Shown here: positions 11,701 through 25,340 of the stretch, in pieces
Layout: each line of letters starts with the position of its first letter
How positions within the stretch are numbered: position 1 is the stretch's first letter
From: Lingula anatina
Taxonomy: Eukaryota; Animalia; Brachiopoda
Reading direction: 5' to 3'
Length of the DNA: 64,000 nucleotides
Assembly: GCA_051362555.1 (NCBI GenBank)
Contig: CM120646.1
Span: 9,238,001-9,302,000, forward strand
Notes under the pieces: generated by a model
Database searches by the model: none
Told to the model about the DNA's origin: nothing
Seen by the model: only the letters and a program-made list of their open reading frames with translations
Position numbers and translations under genes: made by a program

Positions 11701-14700
11701 TATGATCACTGTGTATGCTTATGTTGTTACTGTTTGTGTCTGTACATATATTGGTCTCTGTATGTGTTAATGTTGTTACTGTTTGTGTCTGTACACATTG
11801 TGATCACTGTGAGTGTTTATGTTCTTACTGTTTGTGTTCGTACATATTGTGATCACTGTGTATGCTGATGTTGTAACTGTTTGTGTATATATAATGATAA
11901 CTGTATGTGCTTATGTTGCTACTCTTTGTGTCTGTACATATCGTTATCACTGTATCTGTTTATGTTGTTACTATTTGTGTCTGTACATTTTATAATCACA
12001 ATGTGTGTTTATGTTGTGGATGTTTGTGTCTGTACATATCGTTATCACTGTATGTGTTTATGTTCTTACTGTTTTTGTCTGTACATATTGCAATCAACGT
12101 GTTTGTTTATGTTGTAACAGTTCCTGTCTTTACATATTCTGATCACTGTATGTGTTTATATTGTTACTGTTTATGTCTGTACATATTATGATCATTGTAT
12201 GTGCTTATGTTGCTACTCTTTGTGTCTGTACATATTGTTATTACTGTATGTGTGGATATTATTACTGTTTGTGTCTGTACATATTATGATTACTGTGTTT
12301 GTTTATGTTGTTAATGTTTGTTTGTGTGTATATTGTGATCAATGTGTATGTTTGTGTTGTAACTGTTTGTGTCTGTACATATTGTTTATGTTTTTACTGT
12401 TTGTGTCCATACATATTATGATCACTGTATGTGTAAATGTTGTTACTGTTTGTGTCTGTACATATTGTGATCAGTGTGTGTGTTTATGTTGTTACTGTTT
12501 GTGTCTGTACATATCTTTATCACTGTATGTGTTTATGTTCTTACTGTTTGTGTGTGTACATATTATGATCACTTTGTATTCTTATGTTGTTACTGTTGAT
12601 GTCTGTACATATTGTGATCGATGTATGTGTTAATGTTGTTACTGTTTGTGTCTGTACATATTGTGATCACTGTGTATGCTTAGGTTGTTACTGTGTCTGT
12701 ACATATTGTGATCACTTTGTATTCTTATGATGTTACTGTTTGTGTCTGTACATATTGTGTTCACTGTATGTGTTTATGTTGTTACTGTTTGTGTCTGTAC
12801 ATATTGTGATCACTGTTTGTGTTTATGTTGTTACCATTTGTGTGTGTACATATTATGATTACTTTGTATTTTTATTTTGCTACTCTTTGTGTCTATACAT
12901 ATCGTGATCACTGTATGTGTTTATGTTGTTACTGTTTGTGTCTGTACATATTGTGATCACTGTTTGTGTTATGTTGTTACTGTTTGTGTGTGTACATATT
13001 ATGATCACTTTGTATTCTTATGTTGTTACTGTTTGTGTCTGTACATATTGTGTTCACTGTATGTGCTTATGTTGTATCTGTTTGTGTCTGTTCATATTGT
13101 GATCACTTTACATTGTTATGTTGTTACTGTTTGTGTCTTTATATATTTTGATCACTGTACATGTTTATGTTGTTACTGTTTGTGTCTGTACATATTGTGA
13201 TCACTGTATGTGTTTATGTTGTTGCTGTTTGTGTCTGTACATATTGTGATCACTGTTTGTGTTATGTTGTTACTGTTTGTGTCTGTACATATTATGATCA
13301 CTTTGTATTCTTATGTTGTTACTGTTTATGTCTGTACATATTGTGATCACTGTATGTGTTAATGTTATTACTGTTTGTGTCAGTACATATTGTGATCACT
13401 GTGTATACTGAGGTTGTTACTGTGTCTGTACATATTGTGATCACTTTACATTGTTATGTTGTTACTGTTTGTGTCTTTATATATTTTGATCACTGTACAT
13501 GTTTATGTTGTTACTGTTTGTGTCTGTACATATTATGATCACTGTGTATGCTTATGTTGTTACTGTTTGTGTCTGTACATATATTGGTCTCTGTATGTGT
13601 TAATGTTGTTACTGTTTGTGTCTGTACACATTGTGATCACTGTGAGTGTTTATGTTCTTACTGTTTGTGTTCGTACATATTGTGATCACTGTGTATGCTG
13701 ATGTTGTAACTGTTTGTGTATATATAATGATAACTGTATGTGCTTATGTTGCTACTCTTTGTGTCTGTACATATCGTTATCACTGTATCTGTTTATGTTG
13801 TTACTATTTGTGTCTGTACATTTTATAATCACAATGTGTGTTTATGTTGTGGATGTTTGTGTCTGTACATATCGTTATCACTGTATGTGTTTATGTTCTT
13901 ACTGTTTTTGTCTGTACATATTGCAATCAACGTGTTTGTTTATGTTGTAACACTTCCTGTCTTTACATATTCTGATCACTGTATGTGTTTATATTGTTAC
14001 TGTTTATGTCTGTACATATTATGATCATTGTATGTGCTTATGTTGCTACTCTTTGTGTCTGTACATATTGTTATTACTGTATGTGTGGATATTATTACTG
14101 TTTGTGTCTGTACATATTATGATTACTGTGTTTGTTTATGTTGTTAATGTTTGTTTGTGTGTATATTGTGATCAATGTGTATGTTTGTGTTGTAACTGTT
14201 TGTGTCTGTACATATTGTTTATGTTTTTACTGTTTGTGTCCATACATATTATGATCACTGTATGTGTAAATGTTGTTACTGTTTGTGTCTGTACATATTG
14301 TGATCAGTGTGTGTGTTTATGTTGTTACTGTTTGTGTCTGTACATATCGTTATCACTGTATGTGTTTATGTTCTTACTGTTTTTGTCTGTACATATTGCA
14401 ATCAACGTGTATGTTTATGTTGTAACAGTTCCTGTCTTTACATATTCTGATCACTGTATGTGTTTATATTGTTACTGTTTGTGTCTGCACATATTTTGAT
14501 AACTGTTTTTGTTTATGTTCTTAGTCTTTGTGTCTGTACATATCTTTATCACTGTAGGTGTTTATGTTATTACTTTTTGTGTCTGTACATATTATGATTA
14601 CTGTGTTTGTTTATGTTGTTAATGTTTGTTTGTGTGTATATTGTGATCAATGTGTATGTTTGTGTTGTAACTGTTTGTGTCTGTACATATTGTTAATGTT

Positions 14701-17183
14701 CTTACTGTTTGTGTCTATACATATTGTATTCACTGTATGTGTTTATGATGTTAATGTTTGTGTCTGTACATATTGTGATCACTGTATGTTAATGTTGTTA
14801 CTGTTTGTGTCTGTACATATTGTGATCACTGTATGTGTTTATGTTGTTACTGTTCTCTTTGTACATATTGTGATAACTGTATTTGTTTATGTTGTTACTG
14901 TTTGTGTCTGTTCATATTGTGATCACTGTGTATGCTTATGTTGTTACTGTTTGTGTCTCTACATATTGTGATCACTGTATGTGTTTATGTTGTTAATGTT
15001 TGTGTCTGTACATATTGTGATAACTTTATGTGTTTATGATAGTACTGATTGTGTCTGTACATATTATGATCACTGTGTATGCTTATGTTGTGATCACTGT
15101 TTGTGTCTGTACATATTGTGATCACTGTATGTGTTAATGATGTAATTATTGGTGTCTGTACATATTGTGATCACTGTGTGTGGTTGTTCTTACTGTTTTT
15201 GTTTGTACATATTACTGTGTATTCTTATGTTGTTAATGTTTGTGTCTGTACATACTATTGTCACTGTATGTGTTTATGTTGTTACTGTTTGTATCTGTAT
15301 ATATTGTGATTACTGTTTTTGTTTATGTTGATACTGTTTGTGTGTGTACATATTATGATTACTTTGTATTTTTATGTTGCTACTCTTTGTGTCTATACAT
15401 ATTGTGATCACTGTATGTGTTAATGTTGTTACTGTTTGTGTCTGTACATATTGTGATCACTGTTTGTGTTATGTTGTTACTGTTTGTGTGTGTACATATT
15501 ATGATCACTTTGTATTCTTATGTTGTTACTGTTGATGTCTGTACATATTGTGATCGATGTATGTGTTAATGTTGTTACTGTTTGTGTCTGTACATATTGT
15601 GATCACTGTGTATGCTTAGGTTGTTACTGTGTCTGTACATATTGTGATCACTTTGTATTCTTATGATGTTACTGTTTGTGTCTGTACATATTGTGTTCAC
15701 TGTATGTGTTTATGTCGTTACTGTTTGTGTCTGTACATTTTGTGATCACTGTTTGTGTTTATGTTGTTACCATTTGTGTGTGTACATATTATGATTACTT
15801 TGCATTTTTATTTTGCTACTCTTTGTGTCTATACATATCGTGATCACTGTATGTGTTTATGTTGTTACTGTTTGTGTCTGTACATATTGTGATCACTGTT
15901 TGTGTTATGTTGTTACTGTTTGTGTGTGTACATATTATGATCACTTTGTATTCTTATGTTGTTACTGTTTGTGTCTGTACATATTGTGTTCACTGTATGT
16001 GCTTATGTTGTATCTGTTTGTGTCTGTTCATATCGTGATCACTTTACATTGTTATGTTGTTACTGTTTGTGTCTTTATATATTTTGATCACTGTACATGT
16101 TTATGTTGTTACTGTTTGTGTCTGTACATATTGTGATCACTGTATGTGTTTATGTTGTTGCTGTTTGTGTCTGTACATATTGTGATCACTGTTTGTGTTA
16201 TGTTGTTACTGTTTGTGTCTGTACATATTATGATCACTTTGTATTCTTATGTTGTTACTGTTTATGTCTGTACATATTGTGATCACTGTATGTGTTAATG
16301 TTATTACTGTTTGTGTCAGTACATATTGTGATCACTGTGTATACTGAGGTTGTTACTGTGTCTGTACATATTGTGATCACTTTACATTGTTATGTTGTTA
16401 CTGTTTGTGTCTTTATATATTTTGATCACTGTACATGTTTATGTTGTTACTGTTTGTGTCTGTACATTTATGATCACTGTATGTGTTTATGTTGTTACTG
16501 TTTGTGTCTGTACATATTGTGATCACTGTTTGTGTTAAGTTGTTACTGTTTGTGTGTGTACATATTATGATCACTTTGTATTCTTATGTTGTTACTGTTT
16601 GTGTCTGTACATATTGTGTTCACTGTATGTGCTTATGTTGTAACTGTTTGTGTCTGTTCATATCGTGATCACTTTACATTGTTATGTTGTTACTGTTTGT
16701 GTCTTTATATATTTTGATCACTGAACATGTTTATGTTGTAACTGTTTGTGTCTGTACATATTGTGATCACTGTTTGTGTTATGTTGTTACTGTTTGTGTG
16801 TGTACATATTATGATCACTTTGTATTCTTATGTTGTTACTGTTTATGTCTGTACATATTGTGATCACTGTGTGTGTTGATGTTATTACTGTTTGTGTCTG
16901 TAAATATTGTGATCACTGTGTATACTGAGGTTGTTACTGTGTCTGTACATATTGTGATCACTTTGTATTCTTATGTTGTTACTGTTTGTGTCTGTACATA
17001 TTGTGTTCACTGTATGTGCTTATGTTGTAACTGTTTGTGTCTGTTCATATCGTGATCACTTTACATTGTTATGTTGTTACTGTTTGTGTCTTTATATATT
17101 TTGATCACTGTACATGTTTATGTTGTTATTGTTTGTGTCTGTACATATTATGATTACTTTACGTGTTTATGTTGTTATTCTTT
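2721..17183 (+). repeat. ~49-bp satellite array (TG-rich strand on +), ~14.5 kb, with higher-order duplications
   Basis: Tandem GATCACTGTATGTGTTTATGTTGTTACTGTTTGTGTCTGTACATATTGT, built from related ~22 and ~27 bp halves. Near-identical spurious ORFs recur at offsets 477 (8767/9244), 1833 (11813/13646), 2691 (4038/6729), 2936 (12877/15813) and 3689 (6083/9772). Confidence 0.97.
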
Positions 17184-17724
17184 TGTTATGTACCTTTTAC
17201 ATATACAACTGATGAATGTCCTAAACTTACATAATTTTGTACGCTTAATTCAAGTGTGGGCTCGAAATAGGACATTACGTTTTAGACTTACTGAGTGGAT
17301 AACGCAATTCAAAGATTCCTCAGTTCGTGTCAGATTTACGTAAGGTCGCGCAAAGAAAACCCAAGTCCACATAATGACCAGTTTAATGGTTTATTAGTTG
17401 ACTCTGTCTAACTACATCATCTACGTGAAATTTCCAAGTTCAAGGCCGTCTCCAATAGCTCCGTCGAACGGTCCGCTTCGAGTCTTCTTCAGTCTGCCCC
17501 CCCCCAATATTATTTCTAGACGTCTTTTATACGTATTTCTTATCTATAGGTGGATTCTGTGCTGCAGTATTTGGCGGTACATACTAATTTTAATTATTCA
17601 AATTGCACACGTCCACTTAAGTTACATGACTACAGGTAAGGCCATAAAACGAGTCGAGTGCACAAGCAATGGACTCTAATCAAATTAATTTACATGTCTG
17701 GGAATTATATTTGTGAACACTACA
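17184..17724 (-). repeat. Long terminal repeat (541 bp, TGT...ACA)
   Basis: TGTTA...TACA termini on +. First ~44 bp are homologous to the stubs at 2677-2720 and 25297-25340. Minus-strand TATAAAA at 17525-17531 and AATAAA at 17390-17395 are in U3-R-U5 order. Abuts the polypurine tract. Confidence 0.82.
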
Positions 17725-19998
17725 CGCCTTCCCTTTTTACCAGAAAAAAAATACATTTTTTTTTCATTTATCACGTTGGAGACATTCACTCTACATTATA
17801 TTTACAACATATGTACAAAGCTAAGAACGTTAATAAAAGAACACGTTACAGACAGGCCCGGAGGAAAACCAGAGATAAAACCCTTTAATTCATATCTTTC
17901 TTTATCAATTTAGGGAAAATAGCTCTGGAAACCGGGCAAATGAGCGCCTTATATTTTAAAGTCTTTAAAATTCATTTGAGTCTTTTAGTGTTTAGTCTTT
18001 CAATGGAATCATCGGCAAAACGGCGGGGTCCACCACTCTCGGCTGTATAGTTACTTGGGTTCCAGGACGCAGGACTGATAGGTCTAATGGATCGAAGCGC
18101 TGGAAACCCTCAGCCTTGGATACGCGGCAGGCGGCGGGTCGGAGGCGATGACACAGGCACGGCGATGCAGGGACCATTCACTATCACCTGAAACGAGACA
18201 CAGGGGAAAATAAACTTTCTTCGTTATAAAAAGTTTCATCGTCTTTTTTTTCATACTTAAACCTTTCTTCAGTTGTATCTACGTTCAACATACATCTGTC
18301 ATTACTCCTTTTTTTTAATATGCATATACCGTATAAGCATTAATTTTAGGGAAAAAATTCTAACCCATTTATTCCAGGGAAACAATTCCAATCACAAGCT
18401 CGCCACAATAATAATATTGATAATAAACAAAGTCAATCAGGGCTAATATGAAGAGGAAAAACACCACCTATCATCCAAGACAACAGGAAAACCCACAGTT
18501 AGACCTAATCAAGCTACCAGCACCGTCACGACCGTATCAAGCTACCAGCGCCGTCTCGGCCTGCCTCATCAGCAACACTTGGCCATATGCTGCAGATAAA
18601 ACTATGTGAGCTACCAGTGCCGTCATGGTCTGTGTCTGCCAGCAATATCCGGCCCATATTTCCAGCAAAACTCTGTATGTTTCCGAAGTCACAGGACACC
18701 CGTCGTATCGATCATCATGGCTGGTTACTCAAACAACAACAAGATATTAGCAAGACAAAATCTCTACCCAGTTCCCACAGAACACGGTTCTGCTACCTAT
18801 CCCTTCGTGGGCAGGCATCAACATAAAAAAAATACCTGGTCTAAATTACCAGTCCCGACACTCCAACGTGGAGCATGGTACCCTTAAAGAAATAATCTGG
18901 TCTAACTTGTATTTATCCATCGGTGGACCTAAATTAACAAGCAACCCTACGTCGCTAGGAACATACCAGAATTTTTCACTCCCATACGGAAGCAGGGAAC
19001 CATTTTAAATAAATAATAAAACATCTGGTCTTACTTGCATTTATCCATCGGTGGACCCAAATTAACAAGCAGCCCTACGTCGCTAGGAATGTACCAGATC
19101 TTCTGCTCCTATTACTTAACAGCAGGATAACCTTAAAAAATAAATACTGGGTCTCTAACCTCACTTCGAGATAAACTAACCTGTTTTCACCAGGCCATAT
19201 GAGCCTCCTTCCTTCATTACCCGTCACGACGTTTAATTGTCCTCTCGCATAATATAAAAGTCCAAAAGTACACGTGTTTGTCTGTCTGTGTGTCCGTTTA
19301 TAATTACTGTCTGCCTACGCACGTGCCTTGCCTAAACCAGTTCGGTCCGGTTTATTTCGACACCCGTTTTAATATTCCCATTATAGACCAAAGCTTTGAT
19401 ATTGCCTCTATATTCAAATTTGCCTAAGAACGCTTCCCTTATCACCACGAATGCCGCTTCTTATCTACGTTACCAAATTCTGATAATCTCCAACTATTAC
19501 ATGTAATTCGATCGGCGCAATTAGCAAACACTTGAAGTTCCTTATCTTACCGCTTGTCTCTGTCGGCCCTTGCACGACAGTTATAATAAATAGCACAATA
19601 GCCTGTATACCTCTGAACGTTACAAATTTTAAAATCCGATCAAGACCATATCAACGTAAAACCCTTATTTAACTACGAAGAAATTTCGTCAATCACCGAA
19701 TCAACGCAACAATAACCCGAAAACATGCCAAAATACAACAACGACACCACAATACGATATATACTACACTGTACCAACAACGCAAAACTTCTCTTAATTT
19801 TTTCGCTATGCAATCCTGAATATATCAAGAAATACAGGTAGAAACCATCTACGACTGCCACGTAACACCAGTGCATTTTTCATGCACTAACGATCTCTTT
19901 TTTTCAAATATTAAGATATTTATTTTCGTATAAAGACATTTGCCCAGATTACAAATGTAAATGGTTCATATAACGTAACTATTGCGCATGCGGAGAGC

Positions 19999-22900
19999 TC
20001 ATGTACGTGCACTATCCGTTGCAAAAAAAAATTCTCTTTTTCTAAAGGCATAATAAACATAATTAATCAGGTTAATCATCAAATCTCTGTCATTGGAAGA
20101 CATAAGCTGTCTAAACCTTTGGATATTTGGTTGACAGGTGTACCTGTTTGGTATATATTTTGTTCTTAAGTCCCTGTACATCTCACATGTTAACAAAAAG
20201 TGATATTCGTTTTCTATTTCGTCCTTACATAGTGTGCATACCCTCTCGTTCGAGGGTATGTTGTCATGTCTACCTTTTTCAATCATAAGATTATGGTTTC
20301 CACACCTGAGCCTGGCGAAAGCAGCTAAGTGCGCTTTCGGGAGATTCAACAATAAATAATTTTCTTTTTGAAATACAGATTTAAATATACAATACAAATT
20401 TAATTTAGAAGAGTTCTGTAACTGGCCGTTCCATTCTTGAATGTAGCAATCTTTCATTCTTGTCTTAAAAATTTCTAAAAAATATATCTCATTCTCAACA
20501 CCCTGATTGTACCATACAAACCCAAAACCATATCTAAAAAGTATTTCTTTAATTTTTGTCGCCCATGTAATTCGACCAGCCTGATCTAATACCAACATAA
20601 TCTTATAGCACGCTTTTGGATATCTGCTTTCTTCCATTCTCAGTAATTTAAGCCAGAATTTGACACACCGACTGAAGTAAGTTATAAACAATGGGAACCT
20701 ACCACAGTCTCCCAAGACCGCTATTGTTGAAGTTGTTGATCCCACGCCAAGAATCCTTTTACAGAAAGCAAGTTGTACCTTTTCTATTTTGTCATACACT
20801 TGGTATCCCCAAACTTCTGCACCATAAAATAAAATTGGCGCGATCATTTTATCAAATATCATAAATGCAATATCAGACCTAACCCTTCCAGTGTTATATT
20901 CAAGTTTATCAACCATAATCATTGCCTTTCTTGCTTTCAGACTTAAACTAGTGGTGGCTTTTGTCCAAACGAGCCTTGGCGTTATAGTTAGACCCAGATA
21001 TTTGTAGTGGGTTACAACTTCAACCGGTTGTCCACCAAAGTACCATTTTTCATATTTTCGTAATGGTCCAGAGTGTCTAATGACCATGATTTTTGTTTTT
21101 TTCAAATTTATATTCAGTCCGAAATTTTCACAGAAATTCTGTTAAATATTTATCTTCTTTTGTAAGCCAAATGCAGTGTCATCACAAATTACCATGTCAT
21201 CAGCATACAATAGAAGCGAAATGCTGACAATTTCATCAATAAAAATGGATTGTACATCACTCTCATTTACCCTCTCTACAAACTCATTTAGGAACATATT
21301 AAATAAAAATTGACTTATCATACAGCCCTGCCTGGTTCCAACAGTACATTCAAAATATTCTGTAAGTCCCGGGGAGATTAAAACACACGACCTCAATTTT
21401 GAATACATTGATTTTAAGACCCGTAAAACTCTCCCATGAATACCAATTTTTTGTAGTCTGAACCATAGCAGTCTGTGGTCCACACTGTCGAAGGCTTTGG
21501 AAAAGTCTACAAATATGGAGTAAAACCGCCCCCTGCCCTTGCTTAAATATTTCTGACCCAAGGCATTTAATGTATAAATATGATCAACAGTTGAGTAACC
21601 TGATCTGTAACCTGCCTGTTCTTCGCAGAGTTTTCCATTTTCTGCTGCCCATTTCATGAATCTATTATTCAAAACCTTGGTAAATAGTTTTCCAATCACA
21701 TTCAATAAAGAGATCCCTCTGTAGTTATTTTCATCATTTACCGATCCCTGTTTGTGGAGAGCACAGAGAATGGCATTGCACCATGCTTGGGGATAATCAC
21801 CACTTTCAAGTATGCTGTTAAAGAGTTGTGTTAACACTGGGGCAATTTTACCTTGGGTGACCTTAAGCATCTCAGAGACTATCCCATCTTCCCCCGGTGC
21901 TTTTCCATTCGCCATGCTATTCAGGGCGGAGAGCACCTCATCACATGAAAATAGAGCATTCAAAACAGCCGGATTATCATCATCGCATAGATTACAATTT
22001 TGTTCATGACTTCTTAGTTGAGAGTCTACCTCTCTTCTAAATCCTTCATTAATCGTAATATCCTGATTTAGTAACTCTCTAAAATGCTTAACCCATGAAT
22101 CAGAATCAATGTTACTCTTATTTCTAAAATTTGCATTAACATTAACCCTCCAATATTTCCAGAATGCTTGCGGGTTATTTCTAAAACTTAGCAGTTTGGT
22201 ATATTGACATTCTCTGTGCCTTTCCTTACTCAATTTGCATTCTTTCCGAAAGTTCGATTTTGCCTGCTTATAGTTTTGCAAATGTTGCTCTGAGTTATAA
22301 AACCTAAAATTATTCAACGCTTTATATTTTAACTTTTTTAATACCTCCAAGTCCTTTGACCACCATGGCGGCTGTTGTCGTAACTCCACCTTGATGCCAG
22401 GCGACTTTATCATAGAACTAGCCGACTTGATGTACATACCTGTAATGGTTTCTATAACTGCAGTAACATTATTGTTCTGTAAATCGTTCTCTATGTCAGA
22501 CCAATTTTGAGCAAATTCATCATCAAACTTATCGACAAAATCATCTGTTTTCTTATTATCCCAGTATACTCGTTCATACGGATCAACCTCCTAGTCTTTT
22601 TTTGTTTTGGAAGTTTGCAATAGACATTTGATTGCGCAATGAATTGGCAAGTGATCAGAGTCCCCGAATACTATCGTCGAGAACTCAGCTATATTTGCAA
22701 ACATGTCGCTAGATACCAAAATGTAGTCTACCAAACTACTACCACTATGGGTTATGCATGTGAAATTGCCATCAATATCACCAAAACACCTCCCGTTTAA
22801 CATGTGAATATTAAGCATACAACACATTTCTATCAGTGACTGTCCAAATCTGTTTAAGATTTTATCTTTACTTTTCCTCTCCAAATCAAAAGTATCCACA

Positions 22901-23448
22901 GCATAGCAGTCACCGACATCATTTGATATGTAATCTAAATTATCATCAAGAATATAATCATCTATATTACTCGTTCTCGCATTCATGTCACCAGCAATAC
23001 AAAAATTACAACATGTGTTTAAACTCATCGCCTTTGTTATAAATTCATTTAAAAGTATAATGCCATTTTGTTCTTTTCGCCCATCATAAAAACTGGACCC
23101 TTCAGGAGGGATATAGGTAAAGCAAATAATCAGATCTTTTTCCCATCCAAAGAACATTTTATTACATTTAAGAAATACTGCGACACTACAGTCGTCATAC
23201 ACTCTTGTTACACCATTTACCAGATTTTCTTTGACAAAGACTGATATCCCTCCTGAATGTCTTCCTTTTCGCTTCACGCGAGGCGTATGTTTTCCAAAAT
23301 GCTTATAATTAGGCATGAAGTGATCATATTGATTATCACTAGCGGCCCATGTTTCAAGTAAGCCAACTATTGCAAATTTTTCTATCAGTATCTTTGCGTC
23401 CGCAGTACAGCTCGCGAGGCCGTGTACGTTCCATGACACAATGCCCAA
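19999..23448 (-). pseudogene. LINE ORF2: APE endonuclease + reverse transcriptase + C-terminal Cys/His motif, with two in-frame stops
   Basis: APE motifs SWNVHGL, GGISVFVK, GDMNAR, VDYILVS, SDHLPI. RT motifs YRGISLL, QAGYR, FVDFSKAFDSVDH, GTRQGC, YADD, YKYLG. C-terminal CTLC...HFLLTC. The three ORF pieces share one frame and are separated by TAG (22591-22593) and TAA (21142-21144). Confidence 0.95.
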
Positions 23449-23483
23449 AGTTGAGTCCTCAGTGATGAGCTTTCCGCACTCGT

Positions 23484-24664
23484 CCTATCCATTGGAGCCT
23501 CTTCCGTTGGAGAAACTCGATCGACCGCCTCGCCCTTGCCCTTGCCCGCGTCCGCGTCCATTATGACAACCACCGTGATCGCCACTATCTGCCGTTGGAC
23601 TTCTCTGTCTAGTAATACGTTCAGCATTCGGGTCAAAAGGTCGATTGTCAATATAAAGTTTGTCTACCTTCAGTACAGCCTTTTTATCTGTCTCTTGGCT
23701 TCCTTTAGGTGCGGAATCAGCATCCTTCTCCGTTCGTTGACTTCCCTGGGAAATTGTTCATTGACTCCGTATCGTTTTCCTTTCAACGCGCGTGGGGCGG
23801 TTTTCCTGACCATCTCCTTGTCCTTAAATGACCCAAACCTGGCGATGATCGGTCTGTGTTTCCCTGGTATGTGCTTTCCCATACGGTGAACATTTTCAAA
23901 TTTTATTTCATCAGCAATTCCCATTTCTTCCGATAGGAATTGCTTAATTACTTCCTCAGGGCTCTCCTCTCGATTTTCTGGTATGCCGTCAAAAATTAAG
24001 TTCTCCCTCATGGAGCGGGTCTGTAACTCAAGATGTTTCTGTTTCAGTTCACTTAGGTCCTCTCTCAGTCCAGCTATCTCCGTTTTTGAGATTTCATTTT
24101 CTTCTTTCAAATTCCTGAATTTGTCATCTAGCTTCTTTACAGCGCCCTCTATTTCCTTTACATTTGTCTTATTGTCCTCACATATTGTATTGATGAGTAT
24201 AAGGCCATCCTCCATCTCGCCGATTTTTGTATTTGCCCCCTTCAGATCACTAGTGACATTGCTCATTGTTAGCTCCAGTTTGGTTAACCGTTGGTCTATG
24301 GAATCCAGTTTATTTAGTTTTGTATTCATTGCATCCATTTTCAAAGACAGCGATGATATTAAGGAAAACAGATCGCCTTGCGGGTTACTGCTACTAGTAA
24401 GAGGCAGTGATCGCATAGGTAGGCCTATTGGGCTTGGTGGAAAAAACCCGTCATCTGGCCCTGTGGGTATATTCGTGGTTGATCAGTCATTAGTGGAGTT
24501 GACTGAAGATACGTTACGTCACTTACAGAACTGGTAGGACCTAAGCGTAATTCAGTTGGTGATTTCTGTTCAGTTTGAGAACTACTCACTTTATTCACTT
24601 TGTTTTCCTTTTCGCCACTCAGATTAGAACTTTTGTTCTTCCTTTTTCCTTTCTTCCCGCTCAT
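23484..24664 (-). pseudogene. LINE ORF1 (coiled coil + L1-type RRM/CTD-like domain, RG-rich tail), two frameshifts
   Basis: Basic N-terminus MSGKKGKRK, heptad coiled coil, RENLIFDGIPE...HRMG...RPIIARF...NEQFP. After a frameshift near the A-run at ~23681-23685 the frame continues KAVLKVDKLYIDN...GRGRGQGQGRGGR. A second frameshift lies between the 24664 and 24416 ORF pieces. Confidence 0.85.
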
Positions 24665-25340
24665 TTCTATTCAACTCACGTTCTTCCTAGTGTATCTACA
24701 CGCTCCCTGAAACTCTTGCACTTCCACAATGTAAATTGCTGTACTTTATCGTTCATAAAACTCCAAAAGTGTCAGAGCACCAAAAAGTCCAATTGTTCCC
24801 TCCGCGCATGCGTATACCAATCCTAACGATCTCTTGTGTCTTACAAAAAAAAGTAATCTGCCTAAACATTTCATGTACCGTAATTACGTGACCCTTAACC
24901 AACAATTTTGCGACTTACATATAAAATCGACTTAAACTGGAGGAGCCGTTTATTCCTCTCTTACTATCATAAAATTTTACTTGAAATCGGCCAAGTCTCT
25001 CCTACTTTGCACTGAATTTGGAAAGCTTTTAATTAATCTTAACATGAATACCACGGCACGAAAAGCCGTTAATACTAACGAAATTTACGCAAAATCCAAA
25101 ATTAAAATACCAGTTACTACAAGTTACAAACAATAAGTCATACTTACTGGCCGGTAGGTGATACTGCCTGGCCGACCGATCTTCGCTGCACGAAGACATA
25201 CCCTTTCTATACTTACCTTCCCTTCTGGCCATTTTGTGTCTAGTCAGATCTTCCTTGTGCGCATTGGAACGTAAACTGGCGAAGCTCAGCCAAATATGTT
25301 ATGTACCTTTACATATACATATGAGATGAATGTCCTAAAC

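Larger units (their letters stand above)
19900..24822 (-). mobile_element. Full-length non-LTR retrotransposon (LINE, RTE-X-like), ~4.9 kb
   Basis: TSD CTAACGATCTCTT at 19887-19899 and 24823-24835; the empty site is at 2203-2215 in copy 1. Short A tail (T run to 19904) with AATAAA at 19919-19924 on minus. Carries ORF1 and an APE-RT ORF2. Confidence 0.95.
17184..25340 (-). mobile_element. Non-autonomous Gypsy-like LTR retroelement, copy 2 (interrupted by a LINE)
   Basis: Complete 3' LTR 17184-17724, PPT 17725-17738, internal region colinear with copy 1 (offset ~17684 before the LINE, 22620 after it), PBS-like site, 5' LTR stub 25297-25340. Confidence 0.82.

Noticed and set aside
2721-17183. 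CRISPR-like repeat/spacer appearance of the array
   Set aside because: There are no unique spacers (the whole monomer is repeated), no cas genes, and the context is eukaryotic.
17209-17276. CTGATGA followed by the AATGTCCTA/TAGGACATT inverted repeat in the LTR, suggesting a hammerhead
   Set aside because: GAAA lies inside the stem rather than after it, the motif is on the non-transcribed strand, and CTGATGA is not kept in the 5' LTR stubs. It is more likely an ordinary U5 hairpin.
2676-17343. Dozens of Cys/Val/Leu/Tyr-rich ORFs resembling metallothioneins or membrane proteins (also 25.3-29.4 kb on + and 32-64 kb on -)
   Set aside because: They are translations of the TG-rich 49-bp satellite. 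They occur in all three frames, the monomer length is not a multiple of 3, and there is no consistent frame.
21142-22593. Programmed stop-codon readthrough or an alternative genetic code explaining the two in-frame stops in ORF2
   Set aside because: The stops differ (TAG, TAA), each is one substitution from a plausible sense codon, and ORF1 is also frameshifted. Simple decay is sufficient.
23385-24826. ORFs 23385-23651 (-), 23536-23889 (+), 23983-24537 (+) and 24575-24826 (+)
   Set aside because: They are off-frame or antisense shadows of LINE ORF1.
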